Assembly: GCA_951406725.2 (NCBI GenBank)
Contig: OX597828.1
Location: 64,728,001 to 64,792,000 of the forward strand
Direction of reading: 5' to 3'
Origin: Octopus vulgaris
Taxonomy: Eukaryota
Length of the DNA stretch: 64,000 nucleotides
Translations under genes and position numbers: made by a program
In this document: piece by piece, positions 1 through 12,689 of the stretch
How positions within the stretch are numbered: position 1 is the stretch's first letter
How the letters are laid out: each line of letters opens with the position of its first letter
The notes under the pieces: generated by a model
Database searches by the model: none
Told to the model about the DNA's origin: nothing
Seen by the model: only the letters and a program-made list of their open reading frames with translations

Positions 1-2
1 CT

Positions 3-647
3 ATCATTACATAATATATTATCAAATTTCTTCATGGCTCCTTTGTATACTCTGACCCTTTCTTTATGGCTGTAACCTGAGAACTGCATGCGGTGAATGA
101 AATACTGTATGTGTCTCTTTAATTCTGTAGGCTCGCACATGCGTGACACATTTCTCATTATTCTGACGAGGTCTGCCATCAAAATATTGAATTTGGCATT
201 GCCCGCAATGGCTGAGTTCCGGTGGATCAGGTATTTTGAGGCCATAGGTTTTGCATAGTATGAATGAAGGATTTGGGTTTTATTTTTCACAATTTCTAGC
301 CAGAGTTCAGTGTCTAGTACTGGTAGTCTATGGTTGGGGTGTTTAGTGGGGTAGTCTATTGTGACCTTAATACTCTGGTGGATGGAGTTAGCTATTTGCT
401 GGATGCTCTCCATAGTATTAGTTTCTATTACTATATCAACATTACTCTCTTGTGGGGGTGCCTTTACTACTATATTGATATCATCAACATAGCGAGAGTA
501 CATGTTTACGAGTATGGATTTCTGCAGTAGGCATTCTTTAAGCCTTCTGTCCCACCATACCATGAAGAGGTTGGCCACATCACCAGCGATACTAACACCG
601 ATGGCTGCCCCCTCGTCCTGGGCATATATTTTATTATTAAATTTAAA
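3..647 (-). mobile_element. Penelope-like element RT (palm and thumb), stop-free frame, 5'-truncated, continues off the left edge of the window
   Basis: Manual minus-strand translation: FKFNNKIYAQDEGAAIGVSIAGDVANLFMVWWDRRL...SRYVDDINIVV (YVDD at 480-491)...ANSIHQSIKVTIDYPTKHPNHRLPVLDTELW...HSYYAKPMASKYLIHRNSAI...RMQFSGYS. These are RT motifs 4-7 plus a PLE-type thumb. No stop in about 215 codons; absent from the ORF track, presumably because it has no stop inside the window. Confidence 0.9.
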
Positions 648-927
648 TAAACATAGACGCACATAGAGATATAAGCATGCGCAAATGAAGACATACAATA
701 GAAATACAAAATGGCTGACGGTTAGTAAGGAGAGACACAAGTAAGTGAGAAGAAAACAAAGGACCACTGATGCGGTCACAGGAGTGTGACGAAAGAACTT
801 TGGCCGAAATAAGATTAAGATTAATGTAAAAAATAAATATCACTGAAGCAAAATAACACCAAATATATAGTGCGTGTGTTTTTATTGGCTAAACTGGCAA
901 TATGACCATTCCGAAATATAACAATAT
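648..927 (+). repeat. Non-coding repeat with hammerhead-like motif; probable inverted pLTR of the adjacent PLE
   Basis: Clear homologue at about 37259-37546. Abuts the truncated RT in opposite orientation and carries a hammerhead-like motif at 761-805. Confidence 0.7.
761..805 (+). ncRNA. Degenerate minimal type I hammerhead ribozyme motif
   Basis: GGACCA-CTGATGC-G-GTCACA(GGAG)TGTGAC-GAAA-GAAC-TT-TGGCC. A9 is changed to C. The paralog at 37380-37424 restores A9 and the UC cleavage site. Confidence 0.55.
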
Positions 928-980
928 CTGTTTCAACACACGACTTCACATAAAAAATCTTGCACAACAAATATTTAAAC

Positions 981-1025
<45 letters not shown>

Positions 1026-1279
1026 AAAATTACGGTGTATAACGAACGCTAGTAACTTTAAAACACCGTTAAGAAATTTGACGTCATACTACGAGAGAAG
1101 AAGAAAAAGGGAGAGAGAAAGATAATCAAAGGAGTAATGGAGGTATAAACAAATAGAAGTAAATGGCAGATAGATAGAAAAGATGAAAGAAAGAATAGGA
1201 TATATGAGATGAAAAATTAAAGTTTAAGTTGCAGATATTATTAAGTAAGGGAGCAGATATTATTTGAAATAGCTGAGAG

Positions 1280-2480
1280 AGTGTTTTTTCAATGTGAATA
1301 CTTGTAAACATGTTCTTTACTGGTGTTGACCAATGTGTGTTAGGAAAAATGGGTAAATATTTGTTCGTCCTTACAAAGAGAGCAGAAAGTTTTCTTTATA
1401 TCATAGGGAAACGATCTAGACAACATTTTCCTATCCAAAAAAAATTGTTTATAACAGTCTTTGAGATGCCAAATTATTTTACTAAGGACTGTAGTATTAC
1501 GTTTATTAATATATTTAAACGTAGAAAGGTGGTTTTTTTTTAATTCCGTGGATGAAACCCAATATAAATATATTACTTAGATCCTGCAGAAATTTTCCGT
1601 TGATAAACAACGCTTTTAATTCTGCAATTTCCCTTGAGAACATTAGTTTTATTCGGACCACAATTAAGAGGACTATTACTATTGGTACTATTATTTAAGG
1701 AGACATTATCATTATTATTTTTGTTGTTATTACAATTATTAAGCGAAACCCTTTTAGCGTTCAGAACATATGTGTTATGCGAGGAAATAATTTGTAGGAG
1801 GTTATTGGTGTTGGAGAAAAGAATTTGGATGCGATGTGCGTTGAGAACGGAGTGGTACCGGGAATTTTGGGGAAAGTTCCTTTGGACTGTTTGACGAAAT
1901 TGGTAAGGAAGGTTACTTTTAAATTGTTTTCCGTCTGGAATAGTAAACTAAATAGTTTTACTTGGTTCATGCGATTTATAGGGAGATTTCACATTAAAAA
2001 GCCTGAATCATTTTATATTTTTCATTTTTCAGAAAAAGTAGGGAAATATAGTTACCTCCCTTAAACTGTTTATTTTTAAAATTTTCTAAAATTATGTTTT
2101 TGGCTATTTTGCTATAAGGAGTTATTATCTGGATTATTACCTATGGGAGAAACATTATGAGTATTATCTTTATTATTAGTAGTATAACTACTATCAAACA
2201 GATTATTAGAGTCTGAACCATGATCAAGAGGGTTATAATACTTAATTCAGAGATTCTAAGCGATATGTTTTTAACCACGTTTTTTTTATTTTATTAGTAG
2301 GTTGATTGCTAAAACTACTGATATTTTTTAGATTGGTTGAAGGTTTAATGGTATGAAAAAAATAAAGATGTATTTAAGTTGAATGTAAGATCAAGGAAAT
2401 TAACCTTTGTCCTATCATTATGTTTAACATTTCGTAATTTTTTAATAGAAATATTTTGGAGGTGAAGGAGATGTTCTCCA
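1280..2480 (-). pseudogene. Decayed PLE ORF (RT thumb, linker, C-terminal GIY-YIG endonuclease)
   Basis: Frame-broken minus-strand peptides: KVNFLDLTFNLNT, SFSNQP, VQRNFPQNSRYHSVLN..ILFSNTNNLLQIISSHN, SVVYQ..YIYIG, NHLSTFKY..TVLSKIIWHLK, FCSLCKDEQ. Confidence 0.75.
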
Positions 2481-2601
2481 AACAAATCTCACTTCTCGGA
2501 ATTAACACTCGCTTAAGTGTGATTACTAATTTCTGAGGCGATTATGTGACAGTTGACTTCATTGTAACTGTTCCCCTGGATCTTTCCTTGTAAATTGAAC
2601 A

Positions 2602-2657
<56 letters not shown>

Positions 2658-2662
2658 TATCA

Positions 2663-2810
2663 ACGACGGTCTTCTTTTAGCTTCCGTCCACCGGATCCAT
2701 TCATAAGGTTTTGGCCGAACCGAAACCTATAGTAAAAGACATATGCCAAAGTTGCCACGGAGTGGGATTGAACCTGAGGTTCGGATGTAAACTACTCGGC
2801 CACGCCTGCA
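2663..2810 (-). mobile_element. Diverged SINE family A (CORE-like) 5' part next to (CA)n at 2605-2655
   Basis: Aligns by eye to 15900-16062. Confidence 0.75.
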
Positions 2811-3589
2811 TAATAACAATCAGCAACTGAGTTTTATTTATATCATTGAATCGTGTAGTAGAATGTCAATATAGAAAGGAAAGGAGTAAAACTACAGTAT
2901 GTAATGCACGTAACCCATTACTTAACGGATTAGCAAAACATGTCATGTGAGTTGGACGGCAAATATTTAACTGGTGAGTAACTCTCAGAAACTTGTTGGC
3001 ACAGCGGAATGTTCAAAGTAAACAGAAAACATTTTGTTAAATTTCGGGAAAGTCTAAACAATATATTTCTCAATGGGTTTAGCTGGTAGGAAATAGATTG
3101 TAGACCGCATTACAGATAATCACTTTCCTATGATTATTCAAATAAATATGTGCATTTTGTATTGCATAATGCAATACAAGCAGTAAAGTAGAAAAGCAAA
3201 ATATTTTGCACATGCAGGTTGTATAGATTAATTCTCTCATTTAACACAGACTTGTGTTTGATTTTGAGTGCGTAGCTTTATGTTTTGTGACTAAGAGAGA
3301 AATGTTATGCCTTCTACAAGTGGAAGGAATATTTTTTAATCATTGTTGCCTGTAACATTGTAATATATATTTTATATTTTTACTTTGGTCAACGTAAATG
3401 TAGAAAGGTATACTCTGATTCCCTGTTAATGTATTCTTTGGAAAAAATTCACAATTAGTCAACAAGTTAATAAATTATTAAGTAGGAAATGAAATAGATG
3501 TTGTTTAGAAATCAGGTATACAAATTAATTCGGTGAAATCAATTAGCATATATTCGAAACATTAATATTTATGATTTTTCTATTTCGTC

Positions 3590-4020
3590 CATCTATACGT
3601 TCTGAGTTCAGATTCAAGCGGGTTCGACTTAGCTTTTCATCGACTTTGCTTACGGTGTCGATCAAATAAATACCAGTTGAAAACTGGGGTCGATATAATC
3701 AAGTTATGCCCACCTGCCCAGACGCACACACAGGAGTGGCTGTGTGGTAAGTACCTTGCTTACCAACCACATGGTTCCAGGTTCATTCCCACTGTGTGGC
3801 ACCTTGGGCAAGTGTATTCTACTATAGCCCCATTTCTTTTAGGGGAGGCGCGTGGCTAAGTGGTTAGTGTGTTGAACTCGTGATCGTAAGATTGTGGTTT
3901 CGATTCCTGGATCGGGCGATGCGTTGTATTCTTGAGCAAAAAAATTTCATTAATAAAGAAATAACCTACCCACACGCACGCACACGTACTGCTGGCCTTG
4001 TGTCAAAATTTGAAACCAAT
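3590..4020 (+). mobile_element. Nested cluster of SINE fragments: family D 3590-3700, family A head 3728-3830, family C head 3845-3945
   Basis: Contains acgttctgagttca..gtcgat..taccagtt, caggagtggctgtgtggtaag..caccttgggcaagtg and ggaggcgcgtggc..tttcgattcctgg, all shared with other copies in the window. Confidence 0.75.
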
Positions 4021-4634
4021 ATTAATGTTTTCTTGATTCGAATTCGATTTAAAAGAATTATATTATACAGCAATGCAGACAAACATGACTATATAAAGGA
4101 ATCCATATTTTGTAGGAAATCCGGAATTCAATTCGACGCGTTTTATTTCTCAGGACTTATTCATGAATTGCATGCTCATACCAATTGAAATTCTCATTTG
4201 ATGTTAATAAAAGAACAGGCTGTATCTTGATGGTATTCCTATCAAAGACTGACAGCAGCATATCAAGCCAAAGGTAAAATATTTATTTGCAATAAGTCTA
4301 GATGAGGCAATAAAAAATAGTGACTTCAAGATACTTACATCGTCGACTGCAGATAAATAGAATAGTCTGGCAGAACCTCAAACGAAATGATGTAACTCTA
4401 ATAGTGGTGCTATTGTACTATTCTTAGAAGAAAATATAATAGATTTTCTACTGCAAATGTAATTATTGGCTGAATAACTCTCAAAGTCGTGCTGGCACAG
4501 CCATCTTACAAATTAAATCTAACTTTTTTTTTACGCTCCAATCAAATCAAAACTACTTCGTCATTAACTTATTGCGGAAAGAAATATGTTCAAAAATATT
4601 TTATATTGAATAAATAGTTATAGGATATATATTC

Positions 4635-5052
4635 TTTTTTACTCTAGGCACAAGGCCTGAAATTTTGGGAGAAAGGGCCAGTCGGTTAGTTCGACACCAG
4701 TACGCAAATGGTATTCAATTTATCGTCCCCGAAAGGATGAAAGGCAAAGACGACCTCGGCGGAATTTGAACTCAGAACGTAGCGGCAGACGAAATACCTA
4801 TTTCTTTACTACCCACAAGAGGCTAAATACAGAGAGGACAAACAAGGACAGACAAACGGATTAAGTCGATTATACTGACCCCAGTGCGGAACTGGTACTT
4901 ATTTAATCGACCCCGAAAGGATGAAAGGCAAAGTGGACCTCAGCGGAATTTGAACTGACAACGTAACGGCAGACGAAATACCTATTTCTTTACTACTCAC
5001 AAGAGGCTAAACACAGAGAGGACAAACAAGGACAGACAAACGGACAGTCGAT
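4635..5052 (-). mobile_element. Tandem multimer of SINE family D (Nin/Deu-like domain), unit about 183 bp
   Basis: ccccgaaaggatgaaaggcaaag..gcggaatttgaact..gcagacgaaatacctatttctttactac is repeated at about 4727 and 4911. Confidence 0.85.
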
Positions 5053-5102
5053 TATTATAAAACATATAACTAGATCACGATCTAGTTATATGTTTTATAA
5101 TA
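5053..5102. repeat. Perfect 24-bp inverted repeat with 2-nt spacer
   Basis: tattataaaacatataactagatc-ac-gatctagttatatgttttataata. Confidence 0.95.
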
Positions 5103-5192
5103 TATTTTTTATGATTTGGTTTATATCTATCATGGCTTGAATTGCATAATAGTGGTTTTTCTATAATACATGTATATATATATATATATCTA

Positions 5193-5273
<81 letters not shown>

Positions 5274-5274
5274 C

Positions 5275-5400
5275 TGTATATTTAGGGATAAACCACTAGG
5301 TGGATAACCATACGCAAGAAGATCACATACGATCTAACTACGTATATGATCTTCTTCTAGCATATGGTTATCCACCTAGTGGTTTATCCCAAAATATACA
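5275..5400. repeat. About 60-bp imperfect inverted repeat (foldback)
   Basis: gggataaaccactaggtggataaccata...aagaagatcacatacg pairs with cgtatatgatcttctt...tatggttatccacctagtggtttatccc; loop about 9 nt. Confidence 0.9.
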
Positions 5401-5536
5401 CATGTATTGAATTTTTTTCTGATTTTTCAGATTTTTTATACGTTAAACTACTGGTTTTAAATTGATATTAATTAAATTAATATTCAATTTATCTCCCTCA
5501 TTATGTAAATTTTAATATATATATATATATACATAG

Positions 5537-5843
5537 TGAACGTGCATGGCTCTGTAGTTAGAGCGTCGAGCTTACGATCTTGAGATTGTGAGTTCGATTC
5601 TCGAGCCGGGCTGCGTGTTGTGTTCTTTATTTCACGTTGCTCCGGTTCCCTCAGCTGTAGAAATGAGTTGCGACGTCAAAGGTGCCAAGCTGTATCTCTC
5701 TTTGCCTTCGGTGGCGTGGAGAGAGGAAGCTGGTATGCATGGGCGACTGGTGATCTTCCATAAACACCCTTGTCCGGACTTGTGCCTGGGAGGGTAATTT
5801 TCTAGGTGCAATCCGATGGTCATTCATGACCGGAGTGGGGTTT
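5537..5843 (+). mobile_element. tRNA-derived SINE, family C-type head with long tail
   Basis: B-box gagttcgattc; tttatttcacgttgctcc core shared with 22846-23053; tail shared with 8492-8657. Confidence 0.8.
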
Positions 5844-5850
5844 CAGCAAA

Positions 5851-5906
<56 letters not shown>

Positions 5907-5909
<3 letters not shown>

Positions 5910-6210
5910 ATAGTTATCGCCATACTAATATGGCATTCTTATAAAAATAAGAAAAAAGCTGTCCGCTTATTAGCTCCATGAGGCCATCGCCTTAAGTTAG
6001 CTATTTGATACACAAACTGTATCCATATAACCTTCGAACAAGGGAGGTCAGTCGCTCCACACTACTTGACCGGCAGCTACATGGAGCTAATAAGCGGACA
6101 GCTTTTTTCTTATTTTTATAAGAATGCTATATTAGTATGGCGATAATTATTATTTTCCGGGAACGCTGCCGCTGTTCTCTTTTAGAGAGACTTAGTTATT
6201 TTAATATTTC

Positions 6211-6214
<4 letters not shown>
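5907..6214. repeat. Foldback of two opposed copies of a non-coding repeat (about 75-bp arms)
   Basis: 5907-5980 is the near-exact reverse complement of 6080-6154. Same family as 32990-33260. Confidence 0.9.
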
Positions 6215-6245
<31 letters not shown>

Positions 6246-7104
6246 CATAATACATTCATAGTTGACGCATACATGATGCATACACATCCAGGTGCATCCA
6301 GGTGAAAAGGATGCATGGGTCCGTTGCAATTCCCAACAGCACATGTAGCCATAAAGTACATAAAGTAATTCTCGTGTATAATCGACGCGACACGAGTGCG
6401 AGAAGGCTGGACATTTGAATGAGGACACAATTCAGCCAACTAGCTTCTGTACAGTTTTTCTCTAACCAATTACCCTCACAAGGGTTGGGACGATCCGAAC
6501 CTATGGAAAAGCACTAGATGTTGATAGATACAAACATACATCAGTACACACACACGCTCACACTCACACATGCACGCACGCACAGAAAAACGTGTACGTG
6601 TGTGTGCGTGTGTGCGCGTGTGCATCGGTGTGTTAGAAAGACTAGATGTAAGACAAGCGAGAATATAAGTAGATTTCTTCAATGCTACTGACGTATGGAA
6701 AAGCGAGTGGGAATTTTGTAACGGCAAGTTCCGTGGTGTTTTCAGCGCTCCTCAGAGTAGAGCTTCGTTTTCCACTTAATAGCATAGAATATTCGGCTGA
6801 ATTATATAGGTTTGTGGGGAGCATAATTTGAAGGTTTCGTCATTAACTAAAGAGTACATGTTTCATGCACAACAGAGAGAAAATCGAAAGGCTGAGGTAA
6901 TATATTAGAAAGACTAGCTATAAGAGAAAGAGAAAGATGAATACCTTTTTCTTATGCTTTTGTTGAGTAGAAGAAAGTAGTGCGGAGTCTTCTGATGTAC
7001 CGTTCATGCTTTGTTCACCGCTCCTCAGAGAAGCTGATAGAGACATATTACCATTATCAAAGACAGAATATTTAGCTCATAGAATGCAGTCGTAACATAC
7101 AGAC

Positions 7105-7140
7105 ATACACATGCACACACACACACATATAAATAAATAA

Positions 7141-7171
<31 letters not shown>

Positions 7172-7196
7172 TGTATTTGTGTGTGTGTATATATAC

Positions 7197-7260
<64 letters not shown>

Positions 7261-7282
7261 GTATATATACACACACACAAAT

Positions 7283-7317
<35 letters not shown>

Positions 7318-7423
7318 AGAAAATACGAAAAACCGTAACATCGTTTGCTGGATTGTCTAAACCGTGTAGGTGTGCTAATCACAAAATCTCCAATTATGCA
7401 TACATATCAATTCACACGTACTC

Positions 7424-7484
<61 letters not shown>

Positions 7485-7620
7485 CATACATTTATGCAAA
7501 CACGAACCCAACACACACACACTAACAAGCTCGCAATACGCACAAACCCCTCTATATGTATATACATATGTATGTATGCATATGTGTGTGTATGTGCGTG
7601 TGTTTGTGTTTGTGTGTCGA
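7105..7620. repeat. Compound (CA)/(TA)/(GA)/(TG) microsatellite cluster
   Basis: Direct reading; source of the low-complexity ORFs at 7025-7799. Confidence 0.95.
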
Positions 7621-8179
7621 ATGGGTGGGCGTGTGTGAGTTTGCGTGGAATGGAATTTGCTGCTATTATGAATATAGATAATTTTAATGTTTACCTTTAC
7701 GTGCCCAATGTAGAAAATTATTCGGAAGAAAACAGTTTTGATATTGAGTCAGAGATAGTGATTGCAAAAAAGAAAAAGAAAAAAGAAAAAAGGAAATAAG
7801 ATGCATAAAAGGAGATGGAGAGAAATAATGAGGCAGTTAGCGGAGAAAGTACATGCGACCAGTAGATATGTTGCCAGGGAAACAAGTTTTGTCTTGTTAA
7901 TCATTTGAAACATTTTTTTTAACATTAGGTATGAAGATGTTCATATTTTACTTCCTAATAGAAATATTTGAACAAGTATTTGTATTTTCCTGGTCAAATA
8001 GAAACCTCGTTGCAGTAAAACTGAAATCCTCCTTTGCAACTGTTCTGTTTCTCTTTCAGCAACATGTGTTATATTTAGCGATCAATACACACGCTTCTAT
8101 ATTTACAAATAATCTATGTTTAAATGAATAAATTCTATGTATAGTATCCTTCTTCTTTGTTACTATTACAAACGTGTGT

Positions 8180-8657
8180 GGAGGCGCAATGGCCCAGTGG
8201 TTAGGGCAGTGGACTCGCGGTCGTAGGATCGCGGTTTCGATTCCCAGACCGGGCATTGTGAGTGTTTATTGAGCGAAAAAACCTAAAGCTCCACGAGGCT
8301 CCGGCAGGGAGTGGTGGTGAACCCTGCTGTACTCTTTCACCACAACTTTCTCTCACTCTTTCTTCCTGTTTCTGCTGTACCTGTATTTCAAAGAGCCAGC
8401 CTTGTCACACTCTGTGTCACGCTGAATCTCCCCCGAGAACTACTTAAAGGGTACATGTGTCTGTGGAGTGCTCAGCCACTTGCACGTTAGTAAATGAGCT
8501 GTGACGTCACTGGTGCCAAGTTGTATCGGCCTTTGCCTTTCCCTTGGATAACATCGGTGGCGTGGAGAGGGGAGGTCGGTATGCGTGGGCGACTGCTGGT
8601 CTTCCATAAACAACCTTGCCCAGACTTGTGCCTCGGAGGGTGACTTTCTAGGTGCAA
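8180..8657 (+). mobile_element. Chimeric SINE: family B head and body (8180-8489) joined to family C tail (8492-8657)
   Basis: 8180-8489 matches 61690-61998; 8492-8657 matches 5661-5811. Confidence 0.85.
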
Positions 8658-8699
8658 GGAGGTCACAACAACAACAACAACAACAATTACAAACATATA

Positions 8700-8940
8700 A
8701 GATGGAGTTGCTAGCAGAATCGTTAGCACGCCTGGCGAAATGCTTAGAGGAATTTGGTCCGACTTTATGTTCTGAGTTCAAATTCTGCTGATGTCGACTT
8801 TGTCATTTTTACTTTCAGGGTCGATAAAATAAATACCAGTTGAGTACTGAGGTCGATGTAATCGACTACAACCCATGGAAAACAAGTGGGGCGGTGAGCT
8901 GGCAGAATCGTCAGCACGTCGGGAAAATGCTTTGCTGTAT
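8700..8940 (+). mobile_element. SINE family D copy plus a second head fragment
   Basis: gcagaatcgttagcacgcc..ttctgagttcaaattc..gggtcgataaaataaataccagtt. Confidence 0.8.
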
Positions 8941-9173
8941 TAGTTTTAAGCCTGGTATTGGAGATACAGGTCTTTTCACGGAAGTCACTTATCTGGAGAG
9001 CCTAAATTTAAAACGGGGCATGAACTAACAATTTTTCAAGTTGGCGATTCTGATAGAAATGCCTGTGACTTTTATTTTCTCCCCTTATGCACGTATACAT
9101 ATATACATATCTTGTATTAGATGTATTTAATGTATCTAATAAATCTGTGTCTGATTTGTTTATCCCCAAAATG

Positions 9174-9231
<58 letters not shown>

Positions 9232-9559
9232 CATACATATATACATATATACATAGAGACTTACATATATACATACATATATATATATATATATGCATAC
9301 ATACATACACACACACACACATATATATATATACATTTACATACATATATACATATATATACACATATACATACATATATACATACTTAGATAATTACAT
9401 ACATACAAATATATGTCATGGGCAGCTTTAACATCTCAGTCAAATGCAAACAGGAGTATCGATTAAAACAACTTAAGATCCTCTAGATATTATCGCACAG
9501 AACCTTGTTGGGAATGCTATGTTTACATCTTCAACAACCACAAACATCCAGCGTGCAGC

Positions 9560-11400
9560 CTCCGGTGAAGTTACAATTTGTCATCAGATCATCAAGTTAT
9601 TTTAATGGACGTCAAAGGGAACCCAAAACCTTATATTATTTTATGCTATTTTTGTCATGGTAGCCGTCCGGTTTCTGAAATGGAAAAGTTTTACCATAAT
9701 CTAAACCAATCAGTACAATGCATCCCTTTCTCGTGCAATGAGGTGATTCAATGCACAATATACTGGTCATTTCTCATATCTCATCCAATCCAATACTAGT
9801 GGTGAACATCTTGATTTTGTCAACCATAACAATCCAATTATTGGTATTATCTCCTTCCAAAAAATCGGGAAGAAGTTGTGGACATGGAGATTCACAGCAG
9901 TTGACTTAACTCAATTTGTCTTTTGTCTCACCGCAAAAAGATGGCGTTATAACATCAACGATTGCCAGGCTTTCAACACATGACACTCCGTAGTAGTGAC
10001 CATTATATTTTATAAACAAATATCAAATTGTGTGCCCGAAAGCTAAATGTTCTATTTCATAAACACCTCAACTGGTGTACAATTATATATCATCCATTAA
10101 AGATAGCCAGATATATCGACAACACAGACGCATTACACTTACTAACGATCTTACCTGGCCTTCGTGGAAATCAGTAACAGAAAAGCAAAACTTCCTTCGA
10201 AACCAAATTCGGAACTAGCTTCTGTCGATCACATTGAAGTTTCTGACACACGTAAAACAACTTTTAGATCAAATGTCAACCAACGAACTGCAGCTCAAAT
10301 AAACCATCACCAAACATTCGACAGAAGCGAAGAAGAGAGAGTTAATAATACCTTAAAGTTATTTGAAACTATCACCGCGAGTGAGCATATTCAAGCATGA
10401 AAACGTGTGCGGGAATTTCTGAGAAAAAGTCTAGTGTCTCTTTTATCCAGACTAACACCTGGAAAACTTCCGAAAACTAATTAGAATCGATTTTATGACA
10501 ATAAAGTCATCACTCCTCTTTTTAAAGAAAATCATCAAAGTTAGGATCTATTTTTACAAGCTGAGTTCGACAGCGCCATTAAAAAGATGAAACTTGGAAA
10601 GCACCGGCCCTTCATGGACTTTCTATTGTGTCCTGAAGACACTCAAGAGCCAGAAACTATCTGATAAAATTTTGCAACCACGCCCTTGAGGAAGCGAGAC
10701 CTGAACTACAGAATGGGGTGTATCTGGCATCATTCCCATTCCTAAGAAGGGTAACCTGACTATACCCCATAACTTCCGTGGAATCTCTTTCTCTCTCCCT
10801 CTCTCTCTCTCTCGGATTGCTGTGAGGATATACAATCATCTTTTACTGAATCATTTGTGCCGTTTTTGACCCTCTTCTCAGACCAAATTAAAATGGCTTC
10901 CATCAGAGCAGATCAACACATTTGCAAATCTTAGCCTTGCGAAGGTTGATTGAGGAGATTATAAATCATGAAAAAGCTCTGCTTATCTTCATCGACTTAT
11001 GTTAAACATTTGACTCCATCGACAGAAATGTTATGTCCAGGATCTTATCTGCTTATGGCGTTCCGGATTTCATCGTTGAAGCCATGAAACACATGTAAGT
11101 AGATATTTCATGTGCAACGGTTACTCCCGAAGGAGAAACTGATTTGTTTTTTGGTGAATATTAGAGTCCTGCAAGGTGATCCTTTGGATCCTTTTCTCTT
11201 CATTGTGATTCTGGATTATGCTCTGAATGTGCCACTACATTATACAGGGCCAGAATGAAAGACCGCGACCGACCTGATGGCATGCGGGATCTTCAACAGT
11301 ATCCAGCTGCATTTGACAAAGCTACACATTCGAACAGGATGTCAGTCTTCTCCTGCAACGATTGCAATAATCTAATTTGTTTGATTGGTCAATGTTACAG
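9560..11400 (+). pseudogene. Decayed RTE-clade LINE ORF (AP endonuclease end and RT)
   Basis: Peptides: FQKIGKKLWTWR, IIPIPKKGNLTIPHNFRGIS, DPLLRPN*NGFHQSRST..QILALRRLIEE, IFIDL..FDSIDR..RILSAYGVP, VTPEGETD, VLQGDPLDPFLFIVILDYAL. Many stops and frameshifts. Confidence 0.85.
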
Positions 11401-12689
11401 ATCAGCGAATAAATAGAAGCCAGAGGCATAAGACAGTTTATACGTGATATCAAATAGAATGACGGCAAGGGATTATTGAATGTAGTGTGAGCGGCAAAGG
11501 AAATTTTTGTCTACACGCAGGTTAGCTGTAATACATATAACTTTTTCTGTCGTTACTATCAAAAATAGAGAAAAGACGAGCATGTTACAGAAGAAAACAA
11601 AGGGAAAAGTAATATGAAGAAAAATGGGAATTTGAAGATAGTCAGATGAGATCGAGAAGCAAATTAAAATGCTTAATAGTACGGTAAAATCGAGCGGAAT
11701 TTTATACAAATCATTAAGATAAGGATAAAGTATAATGGAAAAGAAAAGAACCTAAATAAATGAATATAATCGAAATATTAACATTGTTTTAAAAAGATGA
11801 GTAAGAAGAGACAAGAGATAAAATGAAATTGTTGAGCGGACAAGAAGGAACTGAAATAACGATGTATGAATGAAAGAAAGAAGGTTACAGTAACATACGA
11901 TAGGGATGGCGGGTGGGGGGCGTTGGAAAGAGAGAGATGAAGAATAAATGAGTATTAAAAATGAAAAGACATTTTAGGTAATTTAAAATATAACGGATGA
12001 AAGCGACCAACGAATGAAAGAAAGATATTTGATGATAAAACAAATAACATTTTTTTCAATTTGTGTGTTAAAAAAGACGAAAAGAAATGCGAAATTAGAG
12101 GTAGTATAGAAGGAATTACTGAAAGTTATCCAAAAATAAATGAAGTAATACAAACTGTAGAACTAAAATTATGAAACGAAACAAAATGTTATTGAAAAAT
12201 TCTTGAGGATTTTAATAACAAAATGTAAAAGAAAGGCAAAAATGATACATTCTTACAAAACACGATGTAAGGATGAAATGAAAATTATTTCACTAACCAG
12301 AATTTCTCGAAGCAGTTGTCATTTAAAAATATAGTTCCTTTATTGATCACGAAAGTTATAAAAGTTTTTTACAAACATAACAATATATACACCGGGAAAG
12401 TTTCCTGCGAAAAGTGCATTAAACATTCAAATTATAAAGTATTAATTCAAATTATTAAGTATTAAGAGGCAAATGGTTTACAATCACCGAACGACAAGAC
12501 AAATCGTTTTGGTTGTGAGAAACCAGAGAGTAAAATAGAGGTTTGTATTGCATGAAGAATACAATATAATTTGGATGGATTTTACTCGACACTGGATTCA
12601 TTATGATTGTTTCGCTTGTCCCCTCGTCCTTGTCAAATTTTCAATACAATTTATTTAAGATATGGCAACAAGATGACAATACTTTGAAT

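Noticed and set aside
11450-12300. Purine-rich strand-biased tract as coding sequence or a defined element
   Set aside because: No sustained frame or recognisable motif.
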